Of a stretch of 64,000 nt of DNA, positions 59,170-64,000 are shown in pieces. The number at the start of each line of letters is the position of its first letter. Within the stretch, counting starts at the first letter, position 1. The translations under genes and the position numbers were made by a program. Source of the DNA: Eimeria praecox (taxonomy: Eukaryota); NCBI GenBank assembly GCA_963920595.1, contig OY986950.1, forward strand, positions 4,154,001 to 4,218,000, in the 5' to 3' direction. The notes under the pieces were generated by a model, which did no database searches, was not told where the DNA came from, and saw nothing but the letters and a program-made list of their open reading frames with translations.

Positions 59170-59315
59170 TAATACCGTTAGAATCTGCTTAACTAAATAT
59201 GTTGCTGCTGTTTTGCTGCTGCTGTCTCTTCAGAAAACTCTTCCTGCTGCTGCTGCTGCTGCTAGCCATCAACTTCATGCTGCTAGTTAAGAGAAGACGC
59301 AGACACAAACCCTAA
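57417..59315 (+). CDS. Membrane protein, ~369 aa, candidate divergent peroxin PEX13; exons 57417-57855, 58300-58888, 59234-59315
   Basis: In-phase GT-AG junctions. Tyr/Gly patch SSYYGGGGRFYANPFTGFSGWGYAGYAG, then amphipathic YLSGAIENLSCISSLLEAQTYYIEHIY, and a C-terminal hydrophobic segment with basic tail [26 protein letters not shown]. The gene is well supported; PEX13 identity is inference. Confidence 0.55.
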
Positions 59316-59758
59316 CCCTACAAGGGGGAGGGCGGCGGGGGCCCCCACTACCCCTTGGGGGCCCCCACCCCACAGGGGGCCCCACCCCACCCCACAGGGG
59401 GCCCCACCCCACACCCAGGGGCCACCCCACACCGACGGGGCCCCCCACATTTAGAGGGGCCCCATACCCCAGGGGTACCAACATACACCCGGGGGGGGGG
59501 GGGCCCCATTTGGGGTGCCCCCACCCTCAGCTTAGGGGGTTGCCTGTGAACGTGGGGCTGGGGGTAACCTGCGGGGCCCCAGGGGGGCCCCCCAAGGGGG
59601 GGCCCCCGCGGGGGGGGCCCCTAGGGGGGCCCCCCGTATGTTGTGTGTGAGGAATTTGACGGGTTTATATAGGGTACAGTTTGAAATATGTCTTTGTTTA
59701 ACAAGTATTATATTTATTTGTTCTATTAAATTAGATATATAATATTAGATACGTATAT

Positions 59759-59802
<44 letters not shown>

Positions 59803-59924
59803 TTATACAGATTTATTTATTTATTTATGTTAGATGTTTGTGTCTATGTATGCGCATATATCTAAATCTATATCAGTATCTATATTTATATATATCTATA
59901 TATCTATATATCTGTATCTGTATC

Positions 59925-59956
<32 letters not shown>

Positions 59957-59961
59957 TATAG

Positions 59962-59995
<34 letters not shown>

Positions 59996-60576
59996 GTAGG
60001 TAGGTAGATCTATATCTATATAGATATAGACGTATATAGATAGATATATATAGACATAAGATAATGTATAATACTATATATATATGTATATATATATATA
60101 TATAATATAATCTATAATGTACTTGCATTATATCTTTTCCAGATTTGTTTGTCTACGTACAAACACATCTCCAGTTGAGGAGACAGCAAAACCATACAAA
60201 GCCACCGAAGTGTGGAGACAGATAGCTAGAGATAGATAGATAGATAGATAAATAAATAAATAAATAAATAGATAAATAAAATAAATAAATAAATAAATAA
60301 ATGGCTATCTATCTAGCTAGATAGCTAGATAGCTATCTGTCTATCTATCTATCTAGCTAGCTAGCTAGCTAGATAAGTAGATAATGAGATAGGCAACACT
60401 ACAAACGTACGACTGAACGTGCCCTCCTCTCTGTCTGTCTATCTCTCTCTGTCTCTCTCTCTGTCTCTCTGTCTCTCTCTCACTCTCTTCTCTCTGTCTC
60501 TCTCTGTCCCTCTATCTCTCTCTGTCTCTCTGTCTCTCTCTGCCCTCTGTCTCTCTCTGTCCCCTTCTTCTCTCTG

Positions 60577-60623
<47 letters not shown>

Positions 60624-61058
60624 GTCTCTCTGTCTCTCTTTCTGTCTCTCTCTCGCCTTCCCAGTAAGTAAATCAAAGAAGTACTTCCTCTTAGATTTAT
60701 TACAACTCATCAACAGCAGCAAGGAGGGGCCCCCAGCAGCAAAGCTGCAACAATACCTAAGGGGCCCCCTAGGGCCCTCCTAAGAAAGCTGGAGGGGCCC
60801 CTGTGGGGCCCCACAGGTACGATGGGGGCCCCCCTGTGGGGCCCCCTAGGGGGCCCCCTAGGGGGCCCCCTATGAGGCCCGATGAAGCGGGGGCCCTAGG
60901 GGCCTCTTAGAGGCCCCACATGCAAGTTATGGGGGCCCCTGTGGGGCCCCCCATGTAGTGTATAGGTGCCCCCTAGGGGCCCCCTAGGGGCCCCCCCGGG
61001 GGCCCCTGTGGGGCCCTGTGGGGCCCCTGTGGGGCCCCACAAGTGCCAGTTAATACGG

Positions 61059-61329
61059 CTAGTCGAAGAGACACTCATATCCTTGACGAGGGACGTCGAC
61101 AGCCCAAGGAGGAGACACCTGAATGGGGGGGAAGTAACGAGCTGAAGGAGAGGAGGAGGCTGAGCTGTATATACACCAGAAACAGAAAAATATTTACATA
61201 TATATATCTATATATCTATATATCTATATATCTATATATCTATATATCTATATATCTATATATCTATATATCTATATATCTATATATCTATATATCTATA
61301 TATCTATATATCTATGTATCTATATATCT

Positions 61330-61378
<49 letters not shown>

Positions 61379-61456
61379 TATAGACATAGATATATATGTG
61401 GCAAATAGGGAGAATGAAGTGCTGCTGCTGCTGGCTCTGCTGCTGCTGCTGCTGGC

Positions 61457-61490
<34 letters not shown>

Positions 61491-61800
61491 GCGGTGTTTG
61501 TCCTGCTGCTGCTGCCGGTGCTGCTGTTGTTTACGCTGCTGCTGCTGCAGCAGCAGCAGCAGCACAAGCAGCAACAGCAGCAACAGGAGGAGGAGGAGAG
61601 ACTTACTTGTTGCCGTTAGTAACGAATGGCGTCCCCTGTATATTATGTTCAAAGCCGCCAAATGCATCTCTTTCTGTATTTGTCTCTCTGTTAAGAATAG
61701 AAATAGCGATAGAATTATCTCGAAACAGAAGTTGATGCCTCACGATAGGGACGTGGCCTCCGTACCCTGAGGGGTAGTTACTCTTTATACAGACCTCCCT
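61059..61800 (-). CDS. Small hypothetical protein with PSGYGGHVP motif (possible microtubule-binding PYG-type repeat); exons 61800-61607 and 61164-61059, start exon upstream unresolved
   Basis: [26 protein letters not shown]...TPFVTNGN|gtaagt joins in phase 2 to [38 protein letters not shown]. Confidence 0.65.
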
Positions 61801-61942
<142 letters not shown>

Positions 61943-62192
61943 GAGAGAGGGAGAGAGACAGAGAGAGAGAGACAGAGACACACACAAACATATACAATTA
62001 TAATTAATGAGGTAGAGTTGTTGTTGTTGTTCTTATATTATATTATCTTTGTTTTATTTATTTTTATTTTTGTTTTAATTTACTTTCAGATATTTTTTAA
62101 TATCAAAAATTAAAAAAGATGAAAAAAAATACAAAATATTATGTTAAACACGTTCATACACATCTCTCAGGTGTATGTACACCTGAGAAATG

Positions 62193-62224
<32 letters not shown>

Positions 62225-62292
62225 CTACTGCTGCTGCTGCTGTTGTTGCTGCTCCTGGTGTTGGTGGTGGTGGCGCTGCTGCTGCTGCTGCT

Positions 62293-62336
<44 letters not shown>

Positions 62337-62430
62337 AATCAAGTTTGTTAGAATATATTGTCTAATGGTTAATTAGTAGAGTGAGAGAGTGTTACATGGA
62401 GACAGTTGTTTATTTTTTATATTTGTTTGT

Positions 62431-62483
<53 letters not shown>

Positions 62484-62854
62484 AATAAAATATATAAACA
62501 TCAAGAAAGATATATTTTATCTGTCTCTTCTTTCTATCTTATTTGCTGTCTCCTTTTATTTTTTATTTGTTGTATAGACACCTCATATAACAAACACAAG
62601 AGGAGACAGCTAGCACGAGAACAAGTGTTGTTTGTTTGTTTATATTTGTTCATATTTGTTTGTTTATATTTATGTATTTATATTTATTTATTTATATTTA
62701 TTTATTTATATTTATTTATTTGTAAGTGTTTAGATGCTAGTCTAGATATTTATTCTCTCATTTATGTTTTTCTTTTTCTTTAGAAGTTTGTTTAAATAAA
62801 TATTTATTTTTTATATGTATGATATTTGCGGTGTATAGGCAGCTCAGATTCTTC

Positions 62855-62907
62855 TAGAGAAGGTTATTCGCATATGCCTACTGTCTGTCTGTCTCTATCT
62901 AATATCA

Positions 62908-62944
<37 letters not shown>

Positions 62945-63037
62945 ACAGCAGCAACAGCAGCACTTCCACTGTTACTCGATTAGATAGAGAAGGTTATTCG
63001 CATATGCCTACTGTCTGTCTGTCTCTATCTAATATCA

Positions 63038-63074
<37 letters not shown>

Positions 63075-63180
63075 ACAGCAGCACTTCCACTGTTACTCGA
63101 TTAGATAGAGAAGGTTATTCGCATATGCCTACTGTCTGTCTGTCTCTATCTAATATCAAACAGCAGCAGCAGCAGCAACA
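62855..63180. repeat. Three tandem copies of a 121-130 bp unit with an internal variable CAG tract
   Basis: TAGAGAAGGTTATTCGCATATGCCTACTGTCTGTCTGTCTCTATCTAATATCAAAC starts at 62855, 62985 and 63106. Confidence 0.95.
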
Positions 63181-63626
63181 ACGCTCCTAAGAAAGATTTG
63201 TTGTCTAAGGCTTGAAGGTGTTGGGGTGTATGTGCAGCTCCCCCCCCCCCCCCCTTCTTCTTTTTTCTGTTTATTGTTTGTTATACGTATAATTGCCATG
63301 AAAAATACTAAAATAAATAAAATAAATATTATTTTTACTATTTTAATTTATACTAGTATATATTATTAAAGTATTTATTAAATATTATTGTATTTGAAAT
63401 GATGTAGTTAACTTCTCTCTACACTCACACCATTCGACATATCCGCGTAGGAAGTACGATACATATTTGGGTCTATCGTAGTTTTGTGTTTATTGCTGCT
63501 GCCTCCCAAAGTATACATTTTAAATTAAAAAATATAAAAAAAGAAAAAAAATTAAATAATAATTTATTATAAACAGAGAAGAGCATGTGATAGATAGAGC
63601 TACGAATTCTCTCGGGTGTATATACA

Positions 63627-63661
<35 letters not shown>

Positions 63662-64000
63662 GCAGGCGATAATAGACCTCACGACAGTAAACGGAGGTCA
63701 AAAAATGTGTAAATTTGTAATTAAAAAGAAAATAATAATAAATATTTATGTTTTATTATCATAGAATAAACAAAATTCGATTTTTTCTTCTGTCAGAATA
63801 AACTACGAGCCTCTCGAAAAATATGAATGGGGCTGGCTGCGGTGTTGCATGCATGCATTGTTGTTGTATCTTCTGTTTATTTAAGTGTAAATTAACGTTA
63901 ATAATATAATTTTATTAATTTTTTTGTTATTTATTTTAAATTATTTTAATAATAAATAATAACAACACAAAAAAGAAAGATAGTTTAAACCTGTTCTCCC

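Overview
Eukaryotic, intron-rich, extremely low-complexity DNA. The (CAG/CTG)n tracts encoding Ala/Gln/Ser runs, internal AAACCCT/AGGGTTT telomere-like arrays and TGCATGCA octamers are typical of a coccidian apicomplexan, most likely Eimeria (inferred from composition, not from a database match). Most ORFs in the supplied track are repeat artefacts. Joining exons by hand (splice sites plus phase check) gives these genes: the 3' part of AP-3 delta adaptin (+); a large LRR-Tudor-Tudor-RING protein (+); a STEEP1/CXorf56 homolog (-); a hotdog-fold thioesterase (+); a metacaspase-like protein lacking the canonical His/Cys dyad, possibly with a C-terminal C2 domain (-); an HMG-box protein (+); a CKS-domain protein with an N-myristoylation motif and a ~190-aa insertion (-); a candidate divergent PEX13 (+); and a small GYGGHVP-motif protein (-). 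A CAG-poor block at ~37.2-42.4 kb holds a fossil Ty3/gypsy-type retrotransposon. The main unexplained non-coding signal is a dispersed 14-bp palindrome (GGTGTAYRTACACC family) recurring across the window. No CRISPR, rRNA or complete tRNA is supported. All family calls are from recalled motifs and need HMM or structure confirmation.
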